Source: Octopus sinensis (taxonomy: Eukaryota). Taken from it: 64,000 bases of DNA. The translations under genes were made by a program, and so were the position numbers. Location: contig NC_043002.1 of NCBI RefSeq assembly GCF_006345805.1, forward strand, positions 103,602,001 through 103,666,000, read 5' to 3'. Of this stretch, positions 1 through 12,150 are shown in pieces; position 1 is the first letter of the stretch; every line of letters begins with the position of its first letter. The notes below the pieces were generated by a model. That model saw nothing but the letters and a program-made list of their open reading frames with translations, ran no database searches and was not told where the DNA came from.

Positions 1-71
1 GATAAAATGGTATTAAAAATATTCTGCTCCTTACAATAAACAGTTTCTGCAGTGTTGTTGCACATATATTT

Positions 72-138
<67 letters not shown>

Positions 139-489
139 ACAGTACTGCTGGTATGGATTTTAACGTATCCCCATAATTTACTACAAAATATCTGGTCTTA
201 TAATTTTGCATTTATTAACAAAATTCGATAAGCTTAAAGAACTGTAAAAGCGTCGTGTGAGATAAATTGCGTTGGTTTTCTTTCCTGAACTTTATTCTCC
301 ATGTTCAAATCCTGTGACACGTACGTTTACTTTTATCCCACTGTAGTCGACAAAATTTAGCAACTCCCCACTCTCAATAATCTACAACTCGTAAATCACA
401 AACACACACAAACATATATATATATACATATATATACAAACATATATAGAATAAAATTGATAGATCTATTAGATTCGAATTTGGTCTCA

Positions 490-682
490 TGGCCAGCAAC
501 TTCTGGGGTTGGGTTAAGTCGATTACACCGACCCTAGTATTCCACTAGTACATATTTTATCCATCCCGAAATATTATAAAGCAAAGTGGATCTCCGCGAA
601 ATTTCAATTGGGAACGCAAAGACGGGCGAAATACTGCTATGCTTTTACAAGGCTCAGTAACGATTCCACCGCCTCGCCGCCT
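490..682 (-). mobile_element. tRNA-derived SINE family 1, degenerate copy
   Basis: Reverse complement resembles the intact copy at 2566-2797 (aggcggcgagg... head, ...ggtcggtgtaatcgacttaac body). Confidence 0.7.
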
Positions 683-1454
683 AGTTTGTGTTTATATCGG
701 AATAAATGACTTAATGTATTTTAAGAAATGTTTAGGAGAGGTTGCCTCAGAATATGACAAGCGAACTAATTAGTCTCAAAATTCTTGAAAATTCCAAATG
801 TTGGCACTCAAATAAAATCTGCTATCTACGGAAATAAGGAAGCTTGGAATCGTAAAGGCTTAATGATATCGTTGAAACACATATTACTTGGTCACTGTTG
901 TATATGTTTGCTTTATAATTGTTCCGGTTATAGCATAACCATCCGTTTGTCTGGTCATTGCAGTAAGCACTCATTGTCAATAACCTCAGGCTGTAATCTA
1001 CACAGTCGAAAAAGAAGATAATGAAAGAAAGGTGGCTTGCATTATGATTCTGAAGGGGATTGGTATGCAACAAGTTCACATTTAGCTGAATTCTACTGAA
1101 TTGCCCCTTCCAGAAGTGTCCCTACCGAAGCATTCCCGAATTGCCCCTGCCGCAGCATTATCCGGTCAATATATACTATGGCGAAATTTGAGATATAGAA
1201 ACTGTACGGAAGTCAATAGCATCCCCACCCAATACCTATATTTTACAACAGATGCATAGATAGATAGGCAGACAGACAGACAGATAGACGGGAAAATACA
1301 TTCGAATGCAGTGGATACAGTGTAAGCCTGTGTTGTTTTACAAGCATGAGCTTGCGTGATATTGAATTCGAAGACTGAAGTAACATATGTAGTCTACAGT
1401 CTTTACATTTGACCTAGCGATTCGACAAATACAACGGACAAAACTAAGTAGTGC

Positions 1455-1600
1455 TATTCAGGGGTCATTCGTTGAAATCCTAGAAGGCGTTACTCTGTCA
1501 TGGTCGTAATCTAATGACTGAAACCGGTAAAAGTGTAAGTAAAGTTTTAATCGACTTTATACCTCTCCGAAATATTATGGTTTTTTCGCAACGCAAAATA
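1455..1600 (+). mobile_element. Possible Penelope-like terminus fragment with a decayed hammerhead-like motif
   Basis: ctgtcat-ggtcg-taatctaa-tgact-gaa-accggt-a at 1495-1529 has the same GAA-ACCGGT-A palindromic end as the motif at 3887-3923. Stem I is poor. Confidence 0.3.
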
Positions 1601-1832
1601 ATAGCTGATATATTTCTTATTGATTTATGCGATATATATTCTATTGTATAGGCATTATCAAATGATCTTATGAAAATACATACGAGGGCAGGATCGGAAG
1701 ACTTTCAGAATAAATTTCCCACAACCAGTCCTACTCTTACTTTGATCTCTGTTGTCGATAAAATAACAGAATTTGTTATATATGCATACATAAATATACA
1801 TGTAGGTTATAATACGTACATACATGCGTTAT

Positions 1833-1890
<58 letters not shown>

Positions 1891-1985
1891 ATATATATGC
1901 TGAGCAAGCATGATAGATGTCCATATAGATTCGTAGGGTATTATATTGACAAAAATAGAATAAAATTGATAGCTGTATTGATTGT

Positions 1986-2038
<53 letters not shown>

Positions 2039-2565
2039 AATACGTAACTGCATGTCGAGATGACTCAATATCCCAATAGAGTTGAGGGGAGGAATATTAA
2101 GTGTTGTCTGTTAAACATTTAATATTTAATCCTTTCTTGTGGTAACGTTGTTCACCCTGTTCGCTGTTATGCTTCAACTGATATGGAAATAAGTTATGTA
2201 AATAACCAACGAATTTACGTAGATCACATATTCAAAATTCTCAATAGTAAATTCTGTTATCTTCAAGTGGCAAATCGATCATTTTTCAAAAGGATAGCAA
2301 TACGGGTAACTATAAATATAATACCCTACACTGCTCCTAAAATGTCATATTCTCTTACGTAAGTGATGAGATTCTCCACGTGATGAAATGACTTGTTTTA
2401 TAACCTAGTAGCAATGCTGAGTCTCATAATGGTTGAGAATAGAATAGTTATGGCGTATTTTTAGAGCGTCATATTTGGCAATGCTTTCACTCACACGTGT
2501 TGCTCGGACTTAATGTATGTGACTGGATAGATTCTATAAACGGTAAATATTCTTTTATTCATTTA

Positions 2566-2797
2566 AGGCGGCGAGCTGGCAGAATCGTTAGCGCGCCGGG
2601 CGAAATGCTAAGCGTTATTTCGTCTGCCGTTACGTTGTGAGTTCAAATTCCACCGAGGTCGACTTTGCCTTTTATCCTTTCGGGGTCGATAAATTAAGCA
2701 CCAGTTACGCACTGGGGTCGATGTAATCGACTTAATACATATGTCTGTCCTTCTTCGTCCCCTCTATGTTTAGTCCCTTGTGGGTAATAAAGAAATA
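2566..2797 (+). mobile_element. tRNA-derived SINE family 1, full length with 24-bp TSD
   Basis: A-box-like gagctggcagaatcg, B-box-like gagttcaaattcc, conserved body. Flanked by the exact direct repeat ggtaaatattcttttattcattta (2542-2565 and 2798-2821). Homologs at 6147, 34201 and 52325. Confidence 0.9.
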
Positions 2798-2824
2798 GGT
2801 AAATATTCTTTTATTCATTTATTT

Positions 2825-3066
2825 GTTTCAGTTATTTCATTGCAGCCGTCCTGGAGCAATGCCTTTAGTCGAATAAATCGACCCCAGGGCTTATTCTTTG
2901 TATGCCTAGTACTTACTCTATCAGTCATTTTGCCGAAGCGCGAAGTTACGGGGACGTAAACATATCAACATCGGTTGTCAAGCGATGGATGGTGGGGGCA
3001 AACACAGACGTACAAACATACACACACACACACACTTACACAAAGAAACAAACACACACACACGCA

Positions 3067-3109
<43 letters not shown>

Positions 3110-3310
3110 TAAATATAAGAGAGTGGTCACTATATATTAGATATATATACGACGGGCTACTTTCTGTTTCTGTCTACCAAATCCACTCACAATGCTTTGG
3201 TCGCCCCGATGCTATTTGCTATTAGAAGACACTTGCCCAAGGTGGGTGCCACAGAGTCGAACTGAACCCGGAACCATGTGGTTGGTTAGCAAGCTACTTA
3301 GCAAACAACC
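2825..3310 (-). mobile_element. tRNA-derived SINE family 2 with internal CA/TA microsatellite
   Basis: 3151-3300 is the reverse complement of the head at 3435-3590 (aaccacatggtt...ttgggcaagtgtcttct...gagtggatttggtagac). The tail part lies at 2825-3000. Confidence 0.8.
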
Positions 3311-3432
3311 AGTAATATTCTTTTACAAATATTTCTCTTTTACAATCTGAAGGAGTGACACCAGATTCCGACATACATCTAGCGATACAGGTCTTGCCTA
3401 TGTATATGTATGTATGTATATATTATACAGGT

Positions 3433-3780
3433 GTAGGCGTGGCTGTGTGATAAGAATCTTCCTTCCCAACCACATGGTTTTGGGTTGAGTCCCACTGCGT
3501 TGCCTCTTGAGCAAGTGTCTTCTGCTATTGCCTCTGGCCGACCAAAGCCTTGTGAGTGGATTTGGTAGACGGAAACTGAAGGAAAACCCCTCATATTTAT
3601 GTGTATGTGTGTTTGCTTTTATCCCTAAATACTATTTGGTACCCGGTGTCGGTGTCTTTACGTCCCCATAGCACAGCGTGTCATCAAAAGAGACTGATGA
3701 AATATGTACCAGGCATTACAAAAAGTACGTTTTTGTGTCGATTTGTCCGACTAAAACCTCTGAAAGCTGTGCTGCAGAAG
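3433..3780 (+). mobile_element. tRNA-derived SINE family 2
   Basis: gtaggcgtggctgtgtgataag head with Pol III box-like motifs. Homologous to the inverted copy at 2825-3310 and to 33350-33735. Confidence 0.8.
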
Positions 3781-3825
3781 AATACAGAAGGTATGTATGT
3801 GTCTATTTCTGTCTCTCTCTCTTTA

Positions 3826-4255
3826 TATATATATGAAAAAACAAGTAAAAAATAGAAAATGCTAAAATAATTTTATAGTGAACATTCAGTACCGGTTTCG
3901 GTCATTTGAGACCTTTTCAACTGTAACGATTAAATAATAAATTTAGAAAAATTAGAAGAAAAGTTTTCTTAAAAGAATATTTCTATAGTAGTGTTCAGAT
4001 TTAAGTGGCATTCTGCCTTTCTCTGACTCCCTTGTTTGCACTTGTGTGTTCGAGGTAGTTGTGAGTTCTTGGTAGGGTAGTAGAGGAAGGCTGGTGAGGA
4101 AATGGGGGTGGGAGAATCTGGGAGTGCCCTGATGGTCGTATTTTGAATGGTCAGTGGCGGCTGGCAGGAGAATATTTATATTGACAGGCTTGTTTATAGA
4201 ATTAGCGTAGGTGTTATACTAAAAAACATTAGTGACAAACTTAAGGGGTAGGGGG
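3826..4255 (-). mobile_element. Penelope-like element 3' fragment (palindrome arm 1)
   Basis: Mirror of 5070-5512. Carries a hammerhead-like motif and ends against (TA)n. Confidence 0.55.
3887..3923 (-). ncRNA. Minimal type-I hammerhead ribozyme-like motif, core-mutated
   Basis: Minus strand reads CAG-TTGAAAA-GGTC-tcaaat-GACC-GAA-ACCGGT-A-CTG. Stems I and II are intact and stem III is palindromic. The core differs from CUGANGA at C3 and G8. Confidence 0.55.
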
Positions 4256-5069
4256 TGGAGAAGAAGAAGAAGAAGAAGAAGAAGAAGAAGAAGAAGAAGA
4301 AGAAGAAGAAGGAGAAGGAGAAGATGATGGTGATGGTGGTGGTGGTGATTATGACGACGATGATGATGATAACGATGATGAAGAAGAAGAAGGAGGAGAA
4401 GGAGAAGATGGTGGTGATGATGGTGGCGATGATGATGACGCCGATGATGATGATAACGATGTGAGATGAAGAAGAAGAAGAAGAAAAAAACAGAGAAGGG
4501 AGAATATGAAATGGTGTAAATATAGCTATGAAGGGGCTGATTAGTAATGGATTTATGGAGTGTAGTATTTGTGTGTGTATATATATTTTTTTCTTTTATT
4601 CTAAAGTTGAGGTATATTAATTGTTTGTCGTAGACCCGTTAAGATACAACCTCGAGTCAACGAATAAGTAAAGAAAATTTCTTTATTACAAAATACAAGC
4701 CACTTCTTAACGGGTCTACGACAAACAATTAATATACCTCAACTTTAGAATAAAAGAAAAAAATATATATACACAAACAAATACTTACACTCCATATAAT
4801 CCATTACTAATCAGGCCCTTCATAGCTTATTTACACCCATTCATATTTCCCTTCTCTGTTTTTTTCTTCTTCTTCTTCTTCATCATCATCGTTATCATCA
4901 TCATCGGCGTCATCATCATCGCCACCATCATCACCACCTCTTCTCCTTCTCCTCCTTCTTCTTCTTCATCATCATCGTTATCATCATCATCGTCGTCATA
5001 ATCATCACCACCATCACCATCACTTCTCCTTCTCCTTTTCTTCTTCTTCTTCTTCTTCTCTTCTTCCAC

Positions 5070-5512
5070 CCCCTACCCCTTAAGTTGTCACTAATGTTTT
5101 TTAGTATAACACCTACGCTAATTCTATAAACAAGCCTGTCAATATAAATATTCTCCTGAATTGAACTGAGACTGCCAGCCGCACTGACCATTCAAAATAC
5201 GACCATCAGGGCACTCCCAGATTCTCCCACCCCCATTTCCTCACCAGCCTTCCCTCTACTACCCTACCAAGAACTCACAACTACCTCGAACACACAAGTG
5301 CAAACAAGGGAGTCAGAGAAAGGCAGAATGCCACTTAAATCTGAACACTACTATAGAAATATTCTTTTAAGAAAACTTTTCTTCTAATTTTTCTAAATTT
5401 AATTATTTAATCGTTACAGTTGAAAAGGTCTCAAAATGACGAAAACCGGTACTGAAATGTTCACTATAAAATTATTTTAGATTTTCTATTTTTTACTGGT
5501 TTTTTCATATAT
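5070..5512 (+). mobile_element. Penelope-like element 3' fragment (palindrome arm 2)
   Basis: Frame ...INILLN*TETASRTDHSKY weakly resembles the LLNxRxE..S.C.H end of PLE GIY-YIG ORFs. Followed by a hammerhead-like motif at 5417-5454 and a TA tail. Confidence 0.55.
5417..5454 (+). ncRNA. Hammerhead-like motif, second (more damaged) copy
   Basis: cag-ttgaaaa-ggtc-tcaaaat-gac-gaaa-accggt-a-ctg. Mirror of 3887-3923 with small indels. Confidence 0.4.
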
Positions 5513-5554
5513 ATCAACTCGTGTGTTCCTTTTAACCTTATACACACACATATA

Positions 5555-5610
<56 letters not shown>

Positions 5611-6146
5611 TATATATATGTATATATATGTATTATTATATATGTATCTTGTTTGTTGCTGGCGTACATGACGTGTTAATATGTGCCACTTTTCCTCCAT
5701 TTGTTTTAGGCACCGTTCGTTGTCGTAGATACGACAGTTGGAGAAGGAACGATAAAGTTGTAGTAGCAATTCGCTGATTTCGGCTTTGTAAACTGGTCTC
5801 ATGGGAAATATATGTTTCCTAGAAACTCACGACTCCACCCGATGACATTATGGACAACCCATCAGACAGGTAACATTAATGATACGACTACACAGTGTTT
5901 AATATAAACTTAGCTATTATAGAGCAATGCGAAATTATCTCCATTTCACAATTACACAACGTTCTGTTCTGCACTGGACCAACTCTCAGCTAACATTTAT
6001 AACATAGATGGATACAAGGTAAATATATCCTTACTTCTTTAATAAGAAACAAATCGGAAACCGATAATGGCAGGGACAATTCTCATCAAATTTTGTTATT
6101 ATATGTATTCATTTGAGGGTATAAAAGCGCAATATTTAAAACCAAT

Positions 6147-6370
6147 AGGGCGCCGAGCTGGCAGAACCGTTAGCACACCGGGTAAAATGCTCACCATATT
6201 TCGTCTGACGTTACGTTCTGAGTTCAAATTCCGCCGATCTCGACTTTGCCTTTCATCATTGATAAAATAAGTACCAGTTCTGCACTGGGGTCGATGTAAT
6301 TGACTTAATTCCTTTGTCTACCCTTGTTTGTCACCTCTATGTTTCGCCTATGGTGGGAAATAAAGAAATA
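6147..6370 (+). mobile_element. tRNA-derived SINE family 1
   Basis: Near full-length homolog of 2566-2797. Imperfect flanking repeat aatatttaaaacc / aatatttatacc. Confidence 0.85.
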
Positions 6371-8642
6371 AATATTTATACCGCAATAAAGTACCCTCCG
6401 AAGATGATGATACTGCATCAGAGCGGCAGATTTTGTTTCTAGAAATAACTATTAATAATTCCTTAAATGTTAATAATGACTCAAAATTGAAACTGGAAAT
6501 TTTAAATTATTTCCTTGCTTTAAAAAATGGATGGTTTGAACAGATCGATAACGCCAATTATCATTAGTTTACTGAATGCGGATTGGATGGATGTGTCACG
6601 TGGTCCGAGAAAGATGGTTTTGTAATGCCTTACTGAACAAACTGCAGACATGATTTGTTCATAGGGGAAATTTTTTTTGTGCAGAATATTAGCTCGCTCT
6701 GTGCACCGAATCACCGTTGCCTGTACAGGGGCACAGTATACCACAGGTTACGTGTTGAAGTGGTCGCAGAACAACATGAGCCGCAGTCTTTTGTTCAAGA
6801 ACACATAGCACTATCCGATTCAGAAATTGAAACCTGCATCGTGGGATCCTGTGTGCAACAGCCTGACGACTTGGTCATGCATTTTAAAGTGTGTGCGGAT
6901 TAAACTGAGCTTATTTTACAACAACAACAACAGCAACAAGTACGTGGCATTTGGACGACATCTTTTTGTGTATGACTTAGGTTTTCGGCAGTTATAATTT
7001 TGTAAATATCTTGTACCATGATCGTATCTTAAAACAAAGTCTGGAAGCGATAGAAGCCCAAACCGGTTAGACTTTTGTTCATGTTACCTCTGTATTGAAA
7101 TTGAAAAGATTCAATGCAGAAACATTGTGGATACAATGCAAAACTTTTAAATGGTGTAACTGGTATTAGATAAACCAAATAAATATTTACGCGTAAATAT
7201 TTAGTTAAAAATAATCTTGGATGGATGGAAAGTCGAAGGCTGACCGCACAACACGAACCGACATTTTCTAGAAACATGATAGACATTTGATAGTCCCGTG
7301 TCCTATGGCCAGCGGTCAACTTTTTCCTTTCGAGACGCATTTTGACGCAATATTTAGGTGTTATAATATAAAAATATATCTACATCGCTTTCCACCGTGA
7401 AGACAATTTTTTGGTCTAGGTAAGATGAAACGATGGAAAATGTGAAACTTGAATGTGAGTCAACACCTCAAAATACTTGACTCGTTACTTGTATTTCATG
7501 CAGTGGATAGTGTAAGGAAAGGCACACGGTTTCTGACTTCATTCTATAGTCTTTTAAACAAAACTTTTTTATATTTGATACAACTCCGCGCTGGGATTTA
7601 TAGAAGCTAATATGAGGGTCGCCGTGACGTGATATTCTGGAAACAGGGACAAAATTCTCTGAAATCATGCTATGTAATCCTAAAAATAGATTCCGAAAAT
7701 TAAGTTGTACCTTTCGAAGACATACTGGAACACAATCCTTCATGGTCCTTCTCAGTGTAGGCTGACTGTAGACATCTTAATAACACAGCAACCAGATATT
7801 TCACTGAAAAAGAGCTGGTATCTTTTAATACAGTAGAATGATGCAGTACTTTGTGTATATGAATCGAATTATTTACAGTGCGATTTCCAACAATCTATCG
7901 CATAGATTTTTTGTTCCTTGCATTTTTTGTATAAGCCGACGTTAGCGTGTAGAAAAATAATTTTACATGTAAGCAGTTTTTCATGCGTAATCTGTAAACT
8001 GACAAAAGAATAAATGTATGCGTTTGTGGGTTTGTGTATGGAGACACACTTGTTGGTGTGTGTGTGTGTGTGTGTTGTCTGTTTAGGCATAGTTTTCACG
8101 AGATTTCTTTAATCTTCAGGAATATTTTTGTTGCATAATTTCAATAGAGAATAGAGCAAAAAGCATATATAATACATAAAGCCAAAAACGATTCCGTGGT
8201 ACGAGGCAGAAAACTTAAACATCGTTTATCAGAATATCATTATTCATTCAGAAACATATTCGTTTCGTTTTGACAGGATCACTATCATTTCGTGTTTCGT
8301 TTGTTGAACAATTCACATTTCTGAAATATTCAGTAGAAAGAATATACCGAGTTACAGACACTTATTTTTCTCAGTTAAGGAGAATCTGAAACAGAAGAAG
8401 CAACAAAAGCATATGAATTGCTGCACTACAGACACACATAGACACACACGAATAAATGGTCGTCTTGGAGAACGTCACCACGCATATATGTGTACCCACA
8501 CTATTTATATAAATTCCTTTATATGCATATGCATATATATGTATGTGTGTGTGTCTGTCTGAGCGTATATAAACAAACATATGTGTGTAATATATATCCA
8601 TATATACATATATACATATGTATATATATATGTGTGTGTGTA

Positions 8643-8685
<43 letters not shown>

Positions 8686-9692
8686 GCACATATATATAAC
8701 GTATATACAATTATAAATAAAATAAAAAATATCTTTGACCTGATGCTTGTATTACAAGCAGAGGCTATTAACGTCAGAAGAAAAGATATGGCTTCTGCCT
8801 TCACAATTGTCCTTTTAAAATAACCTTTCACTCATAAATATATAATTCTGTATATCAAAATATACAATGGACCGTCATTTTCAAGTCAGATTGGCGTCAG
8901 ATGATTTAAATCTTCAATACTTTTACTCATTTTCATCCATCATTGTTCATATACTCATTCTCATTTATCTAATTTCATTCACTTTGCTTCGGTTGTTTTT
9001 ACGGTTTTTCTTTCCTCTTTATGATTTAAAAGTTTGAGGGAATCATAGACTATAAATAATAATAACAAGGATTCAGTAGATTATTGTATTGTTTTCAGAA
9101 ATTATGCTAGAGAATAGAACGCAAAAAACCATAATCTGACAAAAGCTTCGTGCTAAATGCCAATATTCAAATGGGAAAATATTTTAATTTACTTCCACTG
9201 CAATAGCATAAGATAAGATGACGCGAAAATTGAAATCTTGACAGAAACATAGAGCGGAGACGATTTCCTTACAAGTGAAATATCGCAGGAAACTTACTTC
9301 ATCTCAGCAGACAGAGTTACTAGTCTTGCATTTGTGTTTGATATATTTTATGACTTTCCATAACACTTGATCTTTAAAAATTTACTCAACGATAATGGAA
9401 TAGAATGGCAAGGACAACTGAAAGAGATAGGCGTGTGCAAGAATGAATGAACTGTTTTGTCGTAAATCTTACTTTATCACCCAGTCATTTTTTTTTGTTC
9501 GTGCTCTTTAAATCTTTAACATGATAAATATTCTTAATATTTATATAGCGTGATTAAGCATTGTCTTATCATTCCTTTAGAGAAAAATTAATTACTTCCA
9601 TTTATAATGCATAAGCATTATGGGTTGCGTAAATATGTATGTACAAACACTGCTAAGTATATGTGTATACACACACACACATGAGTGTTGTG

Positions 9693-9754
<62 letters not shown>

Positions 9755-10425
9755 TATACATACATACATGCATATATATATATGTATATATGCGTTCTAT
9801 ATATATTGTGTATATATATATATTTTTATAGACAGAGAGATATGGAGACAGAGAGAGAACGTACACATATATGTTTATGTACGTATGTATGTGTTGCGTT
9901 TGTATATGCGTATTTGAATATGTATTTATGTGTGTATTTACGTATATGTATAAAAGTCTTCAGTCGCAAGAGATTTTGGTCTGATACTCTGTATCACTAG
10001 GCTTCGGGCCTACAAGCACATGGCAAACTGAAGACACAAATACGCATTCACACACAAGGGAAGAAGCAAACACAATCCCGCAAACACAACCTCGATATAC
10101 AAGCAATGATATTCTAATAGCATTAACAAACCAAATATACAAGTGTATTCAGATGTGAGACACATTAAAGTAATTTGTAACATCAGAGAATCGAATTCTT
10201 TTCCGTTTAGATTCAGTATGTCTAACCTGGTACAATACTTTTAAAAGTAAATTGCAGCCATTTACAATGTTTTGTTACAAAATTGCAACATTCACCAGAC
10301 TGCAGCCATTCCGGGGTTTAGTCGAAGAAATCCAGTTTTGTACTTCTCCGTGCCGAACTCCTAAGTTACGATGACGATGACAAAAAGGCACAAAAATAGA
10401 CACATAACAACACACCCACCCATGC

Positions 10426-10460
<35 letters not shown>

Positions 10461-10463
<3 letters not shown>

Positions 10464-10578
10464 GAGCGTACGCTCGAAACGTAAAAGACTTTTTCTATTC
10501 CTGAGCGTTATGCTAATACATCTGTTTGTTTTGTACACCACCTGTCTTCATCTTTTGTTTATTTTTCGTAAACTCTCC

Positions 10579-10580
<2 letters not shown>
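10461..10580 (+). mobile_element. PLE-type terminus family A, 5'-truncated, between (TA)n tracts
   Basis: Homologous to 23750-23875. Begins GA-A-GAGCG-TA-CGCTC-GAA-ACGT-A-AAAGA, the 3' part of a hammerhead-like motif. Confidence 0.6.
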
Positions 10581-10636
<56 letters not shown>

Positions 10637-11950
10637 GCACCTTCACAAGAAACACAATTCTACACGTATATACTCCTAATTAAAAAAAAGGGAGACTGAA
10701 TCGTATTAGGAAACGGGCTAAATAATAATTAATTACCTCCTCAACAGTTTTCATGTCCCAGATTCTCTGGATAGGCATTACTCTACACAATGCTATAGAA
10801 GAAGTCACTTGCCAAATGTTTCATGCTTTGGTATTGAATCCGATATCACGTCAGCAAATATGTTTAGCCATGTTTAAACATAGTCCTAAAACTGTGTGAG
10901 TTTAGGTAAGCATATAAATCTTGAAATGTTTTGAACATAAATTATGCTTCATGAGAAATATGTAAAAACGTCTCAAAAACAGACACATCTTGATGCTTTA
11001 AGCTTATTAATTCATTATTATTCGTTTCGGATTACGGTATATTAATTGTTTCTATCAAAGAACCATGCTGCGAATCAAAAGATGTGTATGATTATCAAAA
11101 GATTTGAATAATTATCGAAAGATTTGTATGATTATCAATGAGGGCGTACAAAGAGGGTGCACTAAGCGAACATTGCACAAAATCTTGCATTCTTTTTGCC
11201 ACAATAAAGTGACTGTAAAATTTACTCAGCTCAGCCTGGGCCATCTGAGAGGTGCCTTTCGGCTGTCAAATGGAGTGTGGAAAATGATCCTCAGAGTAAA
11301 ATATTTAAAGTTGCAGATCAATTCCAGATGAATCAAAGTCTTTCAATGAGACATCTCCATCAAATTGGCGACCACAGCATAGCAGCGAAAATGAAATTTC
11401 TTCTTTGACCATCACGTTTGCAAAGAAGAAAGACGCTTTCCATGATAAATGCCGTCAATTTACCTTTGATCTGTATGTGTATTTATTAATATTGCTCGGT
11501 GGTAAATTATAGTTAAGTTCGTATATGTGATAATGTGGTGTAAAATATTATATTGATAGCTTCAATTATAGCATAAATATAAAACTGTTGACATACATCA
11601 CACAAGATATTCTTCGATAATGAGGGTAAATATATATATATTTGAATTTCCCTCTTTGTATTTATAGCTTGAACTGCAGTTTTCCTTGTTGCAGGTGTAT
11701 ATGAAATATTAAATATAAATATATTTTATATGTTTCCCGATATATTTTAAAGTATATAGAGCGATTGTTAAAGCTCAATCTACATAACGTTATTATTTAT
11801 ATTGCAGTGCTCTCTTGTTTATTAAGCTATTAGCAGATTCTGTTTACAAATGGTTTGTCTGTGTGTCTGCGGGTATGTGCGTATGTGTGCATGTGTATCT
11901 GCGCGTGTACATATTTGTATGTATGCGCGTATGTTTGTAAGTATGTGTGT

Positions 11951-12150
11951 GTATACGTTGGTTTTGCTAAGGCAATTGACAATCACCGGTCATATGTTAA
12001 GGGATCTTGGTATGGAGGAAAACTCAGAGAATGGCGCTTTCAGTTCCTACGTGACAGGACTCAACCTGTGTATGGTTTTTCTATCACCGAAATCACCTGT
12101 AATAAGTGGTATACCTCAAGGAACGGTTCTAAGACTATTATTTTTTCAGG
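11951..12150 (+). mobile_element. Non-LTR retrotransposon (CR1/L2/Jockey-type) reverse transcriptase fragment, frameshifted
   Basis: One frame gives VYVGFAKAID...GGKLREWRFQFLRDRTQPV (cf. YLDFAKAFD...GKL..W...FL..R.Q.V). A second frame gives VISGIPQGTVLRLLFF (cf. SGVPQG.VLGPLLF). Confidence 0.8.

Larger units (their letters stand above)
3826..5512. repeat. Long inverted repeat (fold-back palindrome), arms about 820 bp, loop about 61 bp
   Basis: Arm 1 (about 3826-4644) is the reverse complement of arm 2 (about 4706-5512) along its whole length, including the internal GAA/GAT microsatellite mosaic. Innermost match: ttgtttgtcgtagacccgttaaga / tcttaacgggtctacgacaaacaa. Confidence 0.95.

Noticed and set aside
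1095-1170. Short GC-rich repeat gaattgcccc...agcatt occurring twice
   Set aside because: It might be a transposon subterminal repeat, but no matching opposite end or transposase was found.
5716-5726. ttcgttgtcgt, resembling the 5' half of miR-981/miR-76 family miRNAs
   Set aside because: The match stops after 11 nt and there is no pre-miRNA-sized hairpin, only a 16-nt local palindrome.
6520-6903. Overlapping 74-aa and 82-aa ORFs in unique sequence
   Set aside because: No recognisable domain and no convincing splice or start context. The length is compatible with chance.
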